Origin: an uncultured Verrucomicrobia subdivision 3 bacterium
GTDB taxonomy: Bacteria > Verrucomicrobiota > Verrucomicrobiia > Limisphaerales > UBA11358
DNA: 64,000 bases
NCBI GenBank assembly: GCA_903835255.1
Contig: CAILMI010000056.1
Span: 1,298-65,297, forward strand
Direction: 5' to 3'
This document shows, in pieces, positions 34,206 through 44,583 of the stretch. Position 1 is the stretch's first letter; the number at the start of each line of letters is the position of its first letter. A program made the translations under genes and the position numbers. The notes under the pieces were generated by a model. The model saw only the letters and a list, made by a program, of their open reading frames with translations. It made no database searches and was not told the DNA's origin.

Positions 34206-35516
34206 TCATTTGGCGGCGACACGTCCCGGCGCAAGAACCGCATCATAAAGCAAAATGCCCTTGAGAAGGTCCCGGGCGCGGTCCAGTTGCGCGTCCCGCA
34301 CCCCCTGAATTTGGAGGCGATTCGTTTCACTGAGACTGTCCAGGCCCCCGGGCGAACGCTGAATGAGCAGGGCCGCCTGCGCCTCGTCACTCATCGGCAC
34401 CAGGCTGTCGGGCATGATGCCGTGCTCATGGATAACCTGATGGCCCGGGGTGTAATATTTGGCGATGGTGAGCTTGAGCGCCCAGCCGTTGTCGAACGGG
34501 AAGATGCTTTGCACGGATCCTTTTCCGAAGGTTTTCTCGCCAATGACATAGGCGCGATGCAGGTCCTGCAGGCAGCCGGTGACGATTTCCGCCGCGCTGG
34601 CGCTGCCCAGATTAGCCAGCACCACAATGGGCAGGCCGTTCAATTCGTCGCCCCGGCCGGCGGCGCGGCGGACGGAGTTCTCACGCGGGTCCCGGCCCTC
34701 GGTGGTGACGATGAGCTGTCCGCGCGGTAGAAATTTCTGGCAGACTTCCACCGCCTCGTCCAGCAGGCCGCCGGGGTTCCAGCGCAGGTCCAAAATCAGC
34801 GCCTTAAGGCCCTGCTGTTTTAATTTTTGTAGCGCGGCCTCCAGCGCCTCGCCGGTCTTATCGCCAAACTGGACAATGCGAACGTAGCCGATCTTATCGT
34901 CACCGAGCGGAAACTTTTTCCGGCCGTCGATGTCCTTGACCATGTCCACGTTGATGATGGCGCGGGTGAGCGTGTAATCCCTGACCACGCCGGTGGAGGG
35001 GCGCTCCAGAGTGAGGGTCACTTGGGTATCCGGGATGCCGCGCAACTGCTTCACGGCATCCGAAAGCGACACCCGCGCCGTGCTCTGGCCGCTAATTTTG
35101 AGGATGCGATCGCCCGACAGGATTCCCGCCCGGAAGCCCGGGGCATCCTCCATGGGGGTGATGACGGTAATGACGTTGCTCCGCAAGGCGACAACCAGAC
35201 CGAGTCCACCAAATTGCCCCTCCGTGTCATCCTGCAACTGCTTAAATCCTTTGGTGTCGAGAAACTCGCTGTGCGGATCGAGCGTGCTGATCATGCCTTT
35301 GAGGGAGGAATAAACCAGATCCTGGCTGGTCAGATTGGTCCCATCCACGTAACCGGACCGCACCTTCTCCAGCACCGTGGCAAATAACTCCACGTTGGCC
35401 TCGGGGGAATCCTGCGGCTCCCGGGTCTTTTCTGAAGCGAGGTACACCCGCGCCCCCACCATCAGGTTCAGGGCCAGCAATCCCGCTACCAGACCGAAAA
35501 TCAGACGTCGCTTCAT
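34206..35516 (-). CDS. ctpA: Carboxy-terminal processing protease (S41 family) with PDZ domain
   Basis: An N-terminal TM helix is present, with GLKALILDLRWNPGGLL and GSASAAEIVTGCLQDLHRAYVIGEKTFGKGSVQ. Confidence 0.85.
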   Translation of the reverse strand: MKRRLIFGLVAGLLALNLMVGARVYLASEKTREPQDSPEANVELFATVLEKVRSGYVDGTNLTSQDLVYSSLKGMISTLDPHSEFLDTKGFKQLQDDTEGQFGGLGLVVALRSNVITVITPMEDAPGFRAGILSGDRILKISGQSTARVSLSDAVKQLRGIPDTQVTLTLERPSTGVVRDYTLTRAIINVDMVKDIDGRKKFPLGDDKIGYVRIVQFGDKTGEALEAALQKLKQQGLKALILDLRWNPGGLLDEAVEVCQKFLPRGQLIVTTEGRDPRENSVRRAAGRGDELNGLPIVVLANLGSASAAEIVTGCLQDLHRAYVIGEKTFGKGSVQSIFPFDNGWALKLTIAKYYTPGHQVIHEHGIMPDSLVPMSDEAQAALLIQRSPGGLDSLSETNRLQIQGVRDAQLDRARDLLKGILLYDAVLAPGRVAAK

Positions 35517-35801
35517 GAAGTGAAAACGTTAGCACATAGGCGCTGGGGCACAATTTTTTTGCGCAAACCGAACCCTCTGGACCGCCCCCCCGAGGGGCTT
35601 CCGCATCTAGAGCAGTTCTTGGCAATTTTGGGACAGATAGGGCGCGCCACTCCGTGCGCGCCGTCGTGCTAAATCAGTACGCGTGGATTGGCAACTGCGG
35701 CGGGCCGAGGAACGCCCGCCCTGCCCGCCGATGTCTCAAGGTTAAGTTTAACTGCCATATGGCTCGGCGCGGGCGGATATCGGGGGCGGAAGGCTGCTGA
35801 C

Positions 35802-36482
35802 CTACGAGGACTGCAACAACGTGGCGATCAGGGGCAGGTCGGCAGGGACCGTGACCTTGGGATTGGGCGACGAGGACAAAACGAGGCGGACGGGCTGCCC
35901 GATTAGTTCGCAGGCCGCCGTGTCATCCGTCAACACGAGTCCGCGCTCGCGGACGGCCGCCAGGGCGCGGCGGATGACGTCCACGCGGAAGGTCTGCGGG
36001 GTCTGCACCGCCCAGAGCTTGGAACGATCCACCGTGCGCGAAATGGTTTGGCCATCGGCCGACTCCTTAAGGGTGTCTGTGACGGGCTGGGCGGCGACGG
36101 CGGCGCCGGTTTCGCGCGCCGCCTTAATCGTCGCCGCGATCAGGTCTTCAGTGGTGCAGGGCCGCGCGGCGTCCTGGATGGCCACGATTTCCGTTTGCGG
36201 GGAAAGTGCCGCCAGGCCGTTGCAGACGGAGTCCTGGCGTTCCGCACCGCCCACCACGAGGCGGAACGGCTTTTGAAAATGAGACTTCGCGGCGAGATCC
36301 AAAAAATGCGACTGCATCCCGTCCCGGACCACCAGGATGATCTCGCTGATGGAGGAGGCGTCATTGAAGCGCTGCCAGGTGTGGGCCAGGACCGGCCGGC
36401 CGGCGACTTCGAGCCAGAGTTTATCGATGCCGGCGCCCATGCGGGTGCCCTTGCCGGCGGCGACGAGGAGGGCGGCGTTCAT
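35802..36482 (-). CDS. ispD: 2-C-methyl-D-erythritol 4-phosphate cytidylyltransferase
   Basis: ALLVAAGKGTRMGAGIDKLWLEVAGRPVL...VAIQDAARPC...TPQTF. Confidence 0.85.
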   Translation of the reverse strand: MNAALLVAAGKGTRMGAGIDKLWLEVAGRPVLAHTWQRFNDASSISEIILVVRDGMQSHFLDLAAKSHFQKPFRLVVGGAERQDSVCNGLAALSPQTEIVAIQDAARPCTTEDLIAATIKAARETGAAVAAQPVTDTLKESADGQTISRTVDRSKLWAVQTPQTFRVDVIRRALAAVRERGLVLTDDTAACELIGQPVRLVLSSSPNPKVTVPADLPLIATLLQSS

Positions 36483-36506
36483 GGGAAAAGGGGCCGCAGC
36501 GGAAAA

Positions 36507-36719
36507 CTAACCAATGCGCCAGACGATCCGCGCCTTATTCAGGTCGTATTGGGACATCTCCATTTTAACGCGGTCGCCCACCGTGAGGCGGACGAAGCGT
36601 TTGCGCATCTTACCAGAAATGGTCGCCAGCACCTGATGTTTGTTGTCCAGTTCGACACGAAACATTGTCCCGGCCAGCACGGTTTGAATACGACCTTCGA
36701 CTTCTATGTGTTCTTCCAT
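36507..36719 (-). CDS. infA: Translation initiation factor IF-1
   Basis: [64 protein letters not shown]. Confidence 0.9.
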   Translation of the reverse strand: MEEHIEVEGRIQTVLAGTMFRVELDNKHQVLATISGKMRKRFVRLTVGDRVKMEMSQYDLNKARIVWRIG

Positions 36720-36843
36720 GAATTAAAGTGACCTTGAGGGTAAGGGATGGAGCGGGACCAAAGCGATCAAAAAATCCGGGCGATAAATGACACGGGGCGG
36801 CGCTCACTGGGAACGCCGCCCCGGTCTGTTAAAAGTTCAACGC

Positions 36844-37179
36844 TTAATAGCGGTCACGACCGCCGCCGCCGCCGCCAAATTCACGACGCGGACCGCGATC
36901 GCCGCCGCCGCCGCCACCGCGGGGACGTTCTTCCTTCGGACGAGCGATGTTGACCGTCAGGGCGCGGTCGCCGAGGTTGGCGCCGTTCATGGCTTCAATC
37001 GCCTTTTGGGCTTCATCAGGGGTGGACATGGTCACGAAGGCGAAACCGCGTGAACGGCCGCTCATCCGGTCCATCATCAGATTCGCTTCAACGACGGTGC
37101 CGAAAGCGGCAAACGCCTCGTGAATCTCGTTTTCAGTGGTGTTGAAGGAAAGATTTCCAACAAACAGTTTAGTGCTCAT
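36844..37179 (-). CDS. RRM-type RNA-binding protein with a Gly/Arg-rich tail
   Basis: KLFVGNLSF (RNP-2), RGFAFVTM (RNP-1) and a C-terminal GGGGGGDRGPRREFGGGGGGRDRY tail. Confidence 0.85.
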   Translation of the reverse strand: MSTKLFVGNLSFNTTENEIHEAFAAFGTVVEANLMMDRMSGRSRGFAFVTMSTPDEAQKAIEAMNGANLGDRALTVNIARPKEERPRGGGGGGDRGPRREFGGGGGGRDRY

Positions 37180-37357
37180 TTTATGTCTCGCTGTTCAAGA
37201 CCAACCGCTTTTCTCAGACTGTTCCCGACTGTCGGGTTTCAAATCATCACTGAACCACGTTCACCTGAAGATTTACCATGACCTGAATAAGCCAGCTTAT
37301 CCAACAGACGTCGCCACCCTAGCCAGTCCGCAAGCAATTGCAAGCCCTAATTAAACC

Positions 37358-39136
37358 CTATTTTAAACCCAGTTTCACAGGTGATTTCAGCCCCGAGGTT
37401 TCACTTGGAGCGGTTGCCGGCGCCCAATCCAGCACCTTCAACTGCACCGTCGTCCGCCCGTTAAAGGCGTTGACCTGCGGGGCGAAGGCGAGATCAAAAA
37501 CCCCCTCGGGCAGGGACTCCTTGCCGCCCCCCCACCAGACACATTCGCAGGTGACAGCGCCATCGGTCACCCACAACTTGATGTGCTGCTTGTCCGCCCC
37601 CATGCGCTGTACGGGCCGGCTCTGCGTCACTCCCCGCACACAGAACTGCACGGACGGGTTGCCCTGCCCGGTCGGCTTGAGCCGATCCAACTCCGCCAAC
37701 CGGGCCAGGGAAATTTCCGGCAGGGTGACTTCGGCGTCTAGGCGCAGCACCGGACGGAGATCTGTCTCCTGGAGGGCCTTCCGAGCCAGCTCGTTCAGGC
37801 GCACCCGAAAGGCATCCACCCGGTCCGGAGAGAGCGTCACCCCTGCTGCCATGGCATGACCGCCGTGACGGAGGAGAAGGTCGGAGCATGCATTTAAGGC
37901 GGCTGCCAAATCAAAGCCAGGAATGCTGCGGCCCGATCCGCGCCAGAATTCCCCATCGCCGCCAAGGATGATGGTGGGCCGGTAAAACTGCTGCAACACG
38001 CGGGAGGCGACGATGCCCACGACCCCGATGTGCCAGAGGGGCTGGCCCTCGACGATGACGAAATCCTTTTCGGGGTCGAATTTGGTGCGCAGCTCGCCGA
38101 GGGCGGTATCGCTGATTGCGCGCTCGATGATCTGGCGCTCGCGATTTTTCGAGTCCAGCGCCTGGGCGAGCGGCAGGGCCGTTTTCAAATCCGGCGCCAG
38201 GATCAGGTGCAACGCCGCCTCGGCTGTTTCCAGCCGGCCGGCTGCATTGAGCCGCGGGGCAAGCTGGAAGCCGACTTCGTAAGAGCCCAGCTGCGGCGGG
38301 CATTGTGAGACCTCCTTCAAGGCGACCAGGCCGGGACGCGCCGTGCGGCTTAACTGTTCCAGCCCGGCAGAAACCAGGATCCGGTTTTCACCCGTGAGCG
38401 GCACGAGGTCGGCGATGGTGCCGAGGGCCACCAAATCCAACAGGGGTTTCAAGTCGCATTGCGCCGCGCCCGCCAGGCCGGTTTCCCGCCCGCGCTTCAC
38501 GAGCGCATGCGCCAGCTTAAAGGCCAGCCCGGCTGAGCACAGCTCGGTGAAATCGGGCAACGGCGGAGAGCACTGGGCGGCCAGCTGCGGATTGACCAGG
38601 GCGACGGCGGCGGGCGCGGGGCGCGAAACCTGGTGATGATCCAGGACGATAACATCTACGCCGCGATCGCGCAGGCCGGCGATGACTTCCACGGCGTTGG
38701 AGCCGCAGTCCACCGCCAGCAGCAACTGGACAGGAAATTTCCTCAGGCAATTCTCCACGCCGTCCGGGGTCAGACCGTAGCCTTCATCCCTGCGATGCGG
38801 CAGATAGCAATCCACCGCCCAGCCGAGTCCGCGCAACACCTCCATGAGCAGCGCGGTGGAGGTGACGCCGTCCACATCGTAATCTCCGAAAAGGACGAGC
38901 GGCTGTTTTTCAGCATGGGCGCGCATCAGGCGCTGAACGGCGGCCTCCATGTTGGGCAGCAGGAACGGATCCGCCAGCTGCTTGAGGCGCGGTTCTAGAA
39001 AGGCCACGATTGCCGCCGGCCCCTCGTGGCCGCGATTGAGCAGGCACTGGGCGAGCAGCGGGGATATCTGATTTTGCACCGCGAGAGTTTCCGCCAGCTG
39101 CAGTTGGGGCGGAGCGGGCGACCAGCGGAATTTCAT
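37358..39136 (-). CDS. recJ: Single-stranded-DNA-specific exonuclease RecJ
   Basis: DHH motifs are present: LFGDYDVDGVTS, AVDCGS, VIVLDHH and GGHAMAAG. Confidence 0.9.
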   Translation of the reverse strand: MKFRWSPAPPQLQLAETLAVQNQISPLLAQCLLNRGHEGPAAIVAFLEPRLKQLADPFLLPNMEAAVQRLMRAHAEKQPLVLFGDYDVDGVTSTALLMEVLRGLGWAVDCYLPHRRDEGYGLTPDGVENCLRKFPVQLLLAVDCGSNAVEVIAGLRDRGVDVIVLDHHQVSRPAPAAVALVNPQLAAQCSPPLPDFTELCSAGLAFKLAHALVKRGRETGLAGAAQCDLKPLLDLVALGTIADLVPLTGENRILVSAGLEQLSRTARPGLVALKEVSQCPPQLGSYEVGFQLAPRLNAAGRLETAEAALHLILAPDLKTALPLAQALDSKNRERQIIERAISDTALGELRTKFDPEKDFVIVEGQPLWHIGVVGIVASRVLQQFYRPTIILGGDGEFWRGSGRSIPGFDLAAALNACSDLLLRHGGHAMAAGVTLSPDRVDAFRVRLNELARKALQETDLRPVLRLDAEVTLPEISLARLAELDRLKPTGQGNPSVQFCVRGVTQSRPVQRMGADKQHIKLWVTDGAVTCECVWWGGGKESLPEGVFDLAFAPQVNAFNGRTTVQLKVLDWAPATAPSETSGLKSPVKLGLK

Positions 39137-39217
39137 GGAAAGAATTTAACCACGGAAAGACGGGGATGCATAAGGATAAAAAACAAGGACCCCTGTGTTT
39201 GGATCCCGAGCGGGGGC

Positions 39218-40180
39218 TTACGACTTTTCCCGGCGGGTGGCCTTGACCGAGAGCAGGATGGATCCGGCAATGATGAGGACGACGACGCCCAGCGACAGCG
39301 GCGTGGGGATGGGCAGGTAATGCTCCAGAACCATTTTCAGGCCGATGAAGACGAGCACGATGGACAAACCGATTTTCAGATAGCGGAAATACTGGATGGC
39401 CCCAGCGAGCACAAAGTACAGCGAGCGCAGGCCGAGGATGGCGAAGACATTGGAGGTGAAAACGATGAAGGCGTCCTTGGTGATGGCAAAGATCGCTGGA
39501 ATGGAATCCAGGGCAAAAATCAAGTCCGTGGCTTCCACCAGCAACAGCACCAAGGCCAGCGGGGTCAACAGCGTGCGGCCATTGATCCGGGTGAGGAATT
39601 TCTGACCATCAAAGGTGCTGCTGACGGGAAAGAATTTCCGGGTCAGCCGAACGACAATCGTTTTTTCGGGATCCGATTCCTTTTCCTGGGTGAAGATCAT
39701 CTTGATGCCAGAAACCACGAGGAAGGCGCCCAGGGCAATGAGCAGCCAATCAAAGCGATGGAGGAGCTCCACGCCCAGCCAGATCATCAGGCCGCGCATG
39801 ATCAGCGCGCCCAGAATGCCCCAAAAAAGCACGCGATGCTGATGCCGGCTGGGCACAGCAAAATGGGTGAAGATGAGGGCGATGACGAAGACATTGTCCA
39901 TCGAGAGGGACAGCTCGATGACGTAGCCGGTGATGAATTCGACGGTCTGCTGGAGCTGCCACTCCGGCACCAAGGCCGGGGCGATCACCAGCCCGAACAA
40001 CAGGGCCAGCGTGACCCACAGACCCGTCCAAGCGAGGGCTTCCTTGAAGCCGACGACGTGGGCCTTGCGGTGAAAGACCCCGAGATCGAGGGCAAGAAAA
40101 ACCAGCACGCAGAGCACAAACCCGGCCCAGTGCCAGGAAGAGATCTGAATTTGAGCGAGCATCGGATTCATTCCAAGCAC
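39218..40180 (-). CDS. TerC/Alx-family integral membrane protein
   Basis: ELSLSMDNVFVIALIF ... FALDSIPAIFAIT are the duplicated TerC motifs. The alternative start is MNPM at 40168. Confidence 0.8.
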   Translation of the reverse strand: MLGMNPMLAQIQISSWHWAGFVLCVLVFLALDLGVFHRKAHVVGFKEALAWTGLWVTLALLFGLVIAPALVPEWQLQQTVEFITGYVIELSLSMDNVFVIALIFTHFAVPSRHQHRVLFWGILGALIMRGLMIWLGVELLHRFDWLLIALGAFLVVSGIKMIFTQEKESDPEKTIVVRLTRKFFPVSSTFDGQKFLTRINGRTLLTPLALVLLLVEATDLIFALDSIPAIFAITKDAFIVFTSNVFAILGLRSLYFVLAGAIQYFRYLKIGLSIVLVFIGLKMVLEHYLPIPTPLSLGVVVLIIAGSILLSVKATRREKS

Positions 40181-40246
40181 TGGGTCACAATAGGCGGCTC
40201 AAACTGATTCGGGATGATTGATCGATTGCCGATATGTGACAATGAT

Positions 40247-42787
40247 TCAACCCTTGGCCGCCGGATCCGCCTGCATCGATACCTGCGACGCGCCAATCGT
40301 CGGACGTTCGCCCTTGTGCCACCACAGGACGATAGCGCTGGCGACGTAGATGGAGGAATAGGTTCCGGTGATGATTCCGACCAGGAAGGTGAAGGCGAAG
40401 TCGTTAATCACGCCGCCGCCAAAGATATACAGCGACAGTGTGGCCAGGAAGACCGTGCCGGAGGTGATGATGGTGCGGCTCAAGGTCTGGTTCAGGGCCT
40501 GATTGATGATTTCCTTGAAAGATCCGCGCGCCCCGAGCTTCAGGTCCTCGCGGATGCGGTCGAAGATAACAATTTTGTCGTTGATGGAAAAGCCGATGAT
40601 CGTGAGCACAGCCGCAACAACGGTGGCGTTGAATTCGCGTCCCGACGCCGCATTCGCAAAGCAGTAGACCCCGATGGTGAGCAGCACGTCGTGGACCACC
40701 GCGACGACGGCGGCCACGGCGAAGGAGAACTCATAGCGGAATGCCACATAGACCAAGATGCCGAACAGGGCTAGCAGCGAGGCGATGATGGCCGAGCGCT
40801 GGATGTCGTCACTCACGACCGCACCGACATTCTGTTCGCTGAGGGGGCTCAGCTTCGCCTCAGGAAATTTCCCCGCCAGCAGCTGCTGAACTTTTTTGGA
40901 GGAACCTGTGGCGGTGGTCACGCGCAGGGTTTCCGTCCCCCGGGCCACGTCTTTCTGATATTGAATCTGAGCGTCCTTTTCCCCGTCCGCTGTGAGAGCG
41001 GAACGAATCTGGTCCACATTGAGCTTCTGCGAGAAGCTGAAGGTCGTGCTGTCGCCGCCCAAAAAGTCCACCCCAAAGAGCTTCTCCCCGCGGCCGAGGA
41101 TGCCGTAGGCCAGCGCCACGACGATGAAGGTCCAGGTCAGGATGAATAGCGGAGTGGCCAGCCTCATGAAGTTCACCTTGGAACTCTTGATCAGGTGGAG
41201 CATGGACAACGAGGTCAGCATGTTGCGGTCCAGCATGAAGTTGAAGATCAGCCGCGTCACCACCAGCGAGGTGAACAGGCTGGCGGCCACGCCGATGGTC
41301 AGCGTCACGCCGAACCCCTTGATCACGCCGGTGCCCATATAAATAAGGATGACGGAGGAAATCAGGGTGGTGACGTGGGAATCGAAAATCGTCCCGAAAG
41401 CGCGGGCATAGCCGGCGGCGATGGCGCCGCGCAGGGATTTGCCTTTGGCCAATTCCTCCCGGAGACGTTCATAAATTAGCACGTTGGCGTCCACCGCCAT
41501 GCCGATGGTCAGCACCACGCCGGCGATGCCCGGCAGCGTCAGGGTCGTGCCGATGGAGCACATGACGCCCATCAGAATGACGATGTTGATGATCAGCGCG
41601 ACGTTGGCCGCCAGACCGGCGACCCGGTAATAGATGAGCATGAACAGGGAAACAAAGATGATGGCGTAGACGGAGGCCATCACACCGCTGCGGATGGAGT
41701 CCTTGCCCAGCGTGGGGTCGACATCCTCCGAGGAGACAATTTTCAGCGGGGCCCGCAGGGGATTTTGAAGGACATTGGCCAGTTCCTGGGCCTCCTGATC
41801 GGTGAAACGACCGGTAATCTGCCCGTTGCCGGTTTCAATGGGGGAATTGATGGAGGGAGCGGAATAGAGCTCACCGTCCAAAACAATCGCCATCCGCCGG
41901 CCGATGTTGTTGCGGGTCACGTCGCCAAACCGCTTGGCACCGTCGCTGGTGAGCATGAAGTTGATCTCCGGCTCGCCCAGATTGCCCCGCGTCATCATCG
42001 CGTTTTGAACAATGTCGCCCGCCAGCCCGTTCTCGGCGGTTTTTTTGACGAGGACTTCCTCGATGTGGGGCGGGCCGCCGGGTTGCGGCTGAACGCGCTT
42101 GAGCAGTTCGTAGCCCGGCGGGATGGGGTCGCCGTTCTTGATGATTTGATCGCTCTCGTCGGACACCATGCGGAATTCGAGATAGGCGGCTTTTTGAATC
42201 TGCTTCTTGGCGCTTTCCTTGGCGGACTGGGACAGGCCCGGCAGCTGGATCAAGATTCGATTGCCACCGGCCGGCTGGATGACCGGTTCCGCCACGCCAA
42301 ACTGGTCCACCCGCTTGCGCAACACCTCGACCGCCTGCGAGAGGGCCCCGCTGATGTCCGGATCGACCATCCGGTTGGTGCCGCCGCTGGCCGCGGTGGC
42401 CAGCCGGTTGGTATCCATCTCCACCAGAAACGAGGTGCCGCCCTGCAAATCCAAGCCCAGCTTGATCTTGCCCGACGCATCCCGCTGAATCTGGTTCAGA
42501 ATGTAGGTCGTCGGATACAGCTCATTGTTGGCAGTGATATAGGGGAAATAGCGCTGGATGTCATTCGTGCCGATGGCGTCCTGGAGATTGGCGAAGGACC
42601 GGTCCGGCCGGGCCGACTGCATTGGGGCGAGCCGCTGCAGGATGTTGGAGAAAACCAGATCCTGTTTTTCGGCGAGCGAGGTGAATTCCTTGACCAGATC
42701 GCGGGAGGTCGGCGGATAAATTTCGCACAGCGACCAAACGACAACGAGGATGACGAGAATGAACCTCCAGCGATTGTTTTGCTTCAT
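40247..42787 (-). CDS. secDF: Protein translocase subunit SecDF (fused)
   Basis: 846 aa. It has a SecD periplasmic domain plus 12 TM segments, with GLDLQGG and two RND-like TM bundles (...AGIAGVVLTIGMAVDANVLIYERLREE...; ...IGFSINDKIVIFDRIRED...). Confidence 0.9.
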   Translation of the reverse strand: MKQNNRWRFILVILVVVWSLCEIYPPTSRDLVKEFTSLAEKQDLVFSNILQRLAPMQSARPDRSFANLQDAIGTNDIQRYFPYITANNELYPTTYILNQIQRDASGKIKLGLDLQGGTSFLVEMDTNRLATAASGGTNRMVDPDISGALSQAVEVLRKRVDQFGVAEPVIQPAGGNRILIQLPGLSQSAKESAKKQIQKAAYLEFRMVSDESDQIIKNGDPIPPGYELLKRVQPQPGGPPHIEEVLVKKTAENGLAGDIVQNAMMTRGNLGEPEINFMLTSDGAKRFGDVTRNNIGRRMAIVLDGELYSAPSINSPIETGNGQITGRFTDQEAQELANVLQNPLRAPLKIVSSEDVDPTLGKDSIRSGVMASVYAIIFVSLFMLIYYRVAGLAANVALIINIVILMGVMCSIGTTLTLPGIAGVVLTIGMAVDANVLIYERLREELAKGKSLRGAIAAGYARAFGTIFDSHVTTLISSVILIYMGTGVIKGFGVTLTIGVAASLFTSLVVTRLIFNFMLDRNMLTSLSMLHLIKSSKVNFMRLATPLFILTWTFIVVALAYGILGRGEKLFGVDFLGGDSTTFSFSQKLNVDQIRSALTADGEKDAQIQYQKDVARGTETLRVTTATGSSKKVQQLLAGKFPEAKLSPLSEQNVGAVVSDDIQRSAIIASLLALFGILVYVAFRYEFSFAVAAVVAVVHDVLLTIGVYCFANAASGREFNATVVAAVLTIIGFSINDKIVIFDRIREDLKLGARGSFKEIINQALNQTLSRTIITSGTVFLATLSLYIFGGGVINDFAFTFLVGIITGTYSSIYVASAIVLWWHKGERPTIGASQVSMQADPAAKG

Positions 42788-42793
42788 GATGAA

Positions 42794-43123
42794 TTAGGAT
42801 GCGAGCGCGGCGCCGTTTTCGAGGATCTGGGTGACCGACGATTTGGTGACTTCTATTTTGGCGTCGAAGGATTTAAGGGTGACGGTGGTGTCTTTGACGG
42901 TGATGACCACGCCCACAATGCCACTGCTGGTGGCCACCTTGTCGCCGGCCTTGATGCTGCTGATCAGCAGGGCCTGCTGTTTAGCCCGTTTCTGCTGGGG
43001 GCGGATCAGGACAAAGTAAAAAACGATGACCAGCAGCACCATCGGGGCAAACCCCATCCAGGCGGGTTGCTGGGGCTGACCGGGTTGGGCGGCGACTTCG
43101 GCTAAGAGTACGTTTAAGTTCAT
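42794..43123 (-). CDS. yajC: Preprotein translocase subunit YajC
   Basis: MVLLVIVFYFVLIRPQQKRAKQQ...IKAGDKVATSSGIVGVV. Confidence 0.85.
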   Translation of the reverse strand: MNLNVLLAEVAAQPGQPQQPAWMGFAPMVLLVIVFYFVLIRPQQKRAKQQALLISSIKAGDKVATSSGIVGVVITVKDTTVTLKSFDAKIEVTKSSVTQILENGAALAS

Positions 43124-43320
43124 ATTATATAAAAGTGGCCCGACACTTTAAGAAAAAAGGGCCAATTGGCAAGCGTTAATGGCGAGCCAGAGATTTGCGA
43201 TCCGTGGCCGGGGCCGGCACGAACTTCCAATTCCGCCTTTTCAATCGCCTGCTCACGGTTTAAACTGGCAGTTCTGTTTCGGGGCGCCAGACATTGTTCC
43301 GGCAGCTTCCACAATTTTGT

Positions 43321-44538
43321 ATGGCACTGATTGTTCAAAAATACGGCGGCACCTCGGTAGGCAACACCGACCGCATCAAAAATGTGGCCGCCCGCGTGGC
43401 CAAGTACCATGCCCAGGGCGACCAGATCGTGGTGGTGGTCTCCGCCATGAGCGGCGTCACCGACGGCCTCATCAAGCTGGCCAAGGACATCGCGCTCTTG
43501 CCGAGTGAACGGGAGATGGACATGCTGCTGGCCACGGGAGAACAGCAGACCATCGCCCTCACCGCCATCGCCCTGCACGCCCTGAAAATCCCCGCCGTGT
43601 CGCTCACCGGCGCCCAGGCCGGCATCGTCACCGACTCCGTCCACACCAAAGCCAAAATCCACAACATCACCCCCCGGCAGGTCCACGAACAGCTGGACTC
43701 CGGCCATGTCGTCATCGTGGCCGGCTTTCAGGGCGAGACCGCCCAAGGCCAGATCACCACGCTCGGCCGCGGCGGCTCGGATTTGACCGCTATCGCCCTG
43801 GCCGCCGCATTGAAGGCCGACCTCTGCCAGATTTATACGGATGTGGACGGCGTCTACACCGCCGACCCCCGCCTGGTGCCCACGGCGACCAAGCTGTCGG
43901 AAATTTCCTATGACGAGATGCTCGAACTCGCCAGCCTCGGGGCCAAGGTCATGCAGAGCCGCTCGGTGGAATTCGCCAAGAAATTCGGCGTCGTGTTTGA
44001 AGTCCGCTCCAGCCTCAATGACAACCCAGGAACCCTTGTGAAAGAAGAAACCAAAAGCATGGAAGGCGTCGTCGTCCGCGGCGTCGCGCTCGACAAAAAT
44101 CAGGCCAAGATCACCCTCGTGGGCGTGCCCGACAAACCGGGCATGGCCGCGCGCGTCTTCAAGGCGCTCGGCGACGCGACCGTCAACGTGGACATGATCG
44201 TCCAGAACATCAGCCATGGCGGCGGCGCGGCGGCCACCGACCTCTCCTTCACCACCGACAAGCCGGACCTGCTCAAGGCGCAGAAGGTGATCGATGGACT
44301 AAAGCCGGAGATCGGTTTCCGCGAGGTGCTGACCGATGAGAAAATCGGGAAGCTCTCCATCGTCGGGGTCGGTATGAAGTCGCACACCGGCGTCGCCGGC
44401 AAGATGTTCGACGTGCTCGCCCGGGAAGGCGTGAACATCGGCATGATCTCCACGAGCGAAATCAAAATCTCCGTGACGATCGATCTTGCCTTGGGCGAAG
44501 CCGCCACGCGGGCGGTTCACGCGGCGTTCATCGGCTAA
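43321..44538 (+). CDS. lysC: Aspartate kinase
   Basis: MALIVQKYGGTSVGN..., VVVVSAMSGVTD, TLGRGGSD and two C-terminal ACT domains. Confidence 0.9.
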   Translation: MALIVQKYGGTSVGNTDRIKNVAARVAKYHAQGDQIVVVVSAMSGVTDGLIKLAKDIALLPSEREMDMLLATGEQQTIALTAIALHALKIPAVSLTGAQAGIVTDSVHTKAKIHNITPRQVHEQLDSGHVVIVAGFQGETAQGQITTLGRGGSDLTAIALAAALKADLCQIYTDVDGVYTADPRLVPTATKLSEISYDEMLELASLGAKVMQSRSVEFAKKFGVVFEVRSSLNDNPGTLVKEETKSMEGVVVRGVALDKNQAKITLVGVPDKPGMAARVFKALGDATVNVDMIVQNISHGGGAAATDLSFTTDKPDLLKAQKVIDGLKPEIGFREVLTDEKIGKLSIVGVGMKSHTGVAGKMFDVLAREGVNIGMISTSEIKISVTIDLALGEAATRAVHAAFIG

Positions 44539-44583
44539 TCCACGGGTCCGCCCCTGCCCCATCCCGCCCCCGCCCCCGCTGGT

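Noticed and set aside
35630-35680. Possible third, partial copy of the repeat family (GATAGGGCGCGCCACTCCGTGCGCGCCGTC hairpin)
   Set aside because: It shares only the generic 'TAGG plus GC hairpin plus CCGTC' layout with the 5' arm of the 205-bp element. The match is too short and degenerate to call without a genome-wide alignment.
40181-40246. Expected yybP-ykoY (Mn2+) riboswitch upstream of the TerC-family gene
   Set aside because: The intergenic gap to secDF is only 66 nt, too short for the ~100+ nt four-helix aptamer. The gene is more likely co-transcribed with yajC-secDF.
39026-43105. Plus-strand ORFs 39026..40207, 40214..40774 and 41765..43105 opposite terC, secDF and yajC
   Set aside because: These are antisense shadows of membrane-protein genes, with D/G/E/Q/H-rich low-complexity products.
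43124-43320. Possible lysine riboswitch (L-box) in the lysC leader
   Set aside because: I could not find the conserved L-box junction sequences or a five-helix arrangement by eye. The region also has to hold the divergent yajC promoter. A cmscan with RF00168 would settle it.
43120-44217. 365-aa minus-strand ORF opposite lysC
   Set aside because: It is a shadow of aspartate kinase, which has unambiguous motifs. The shadow's composition is G/D/H/A-rich and repetitive.
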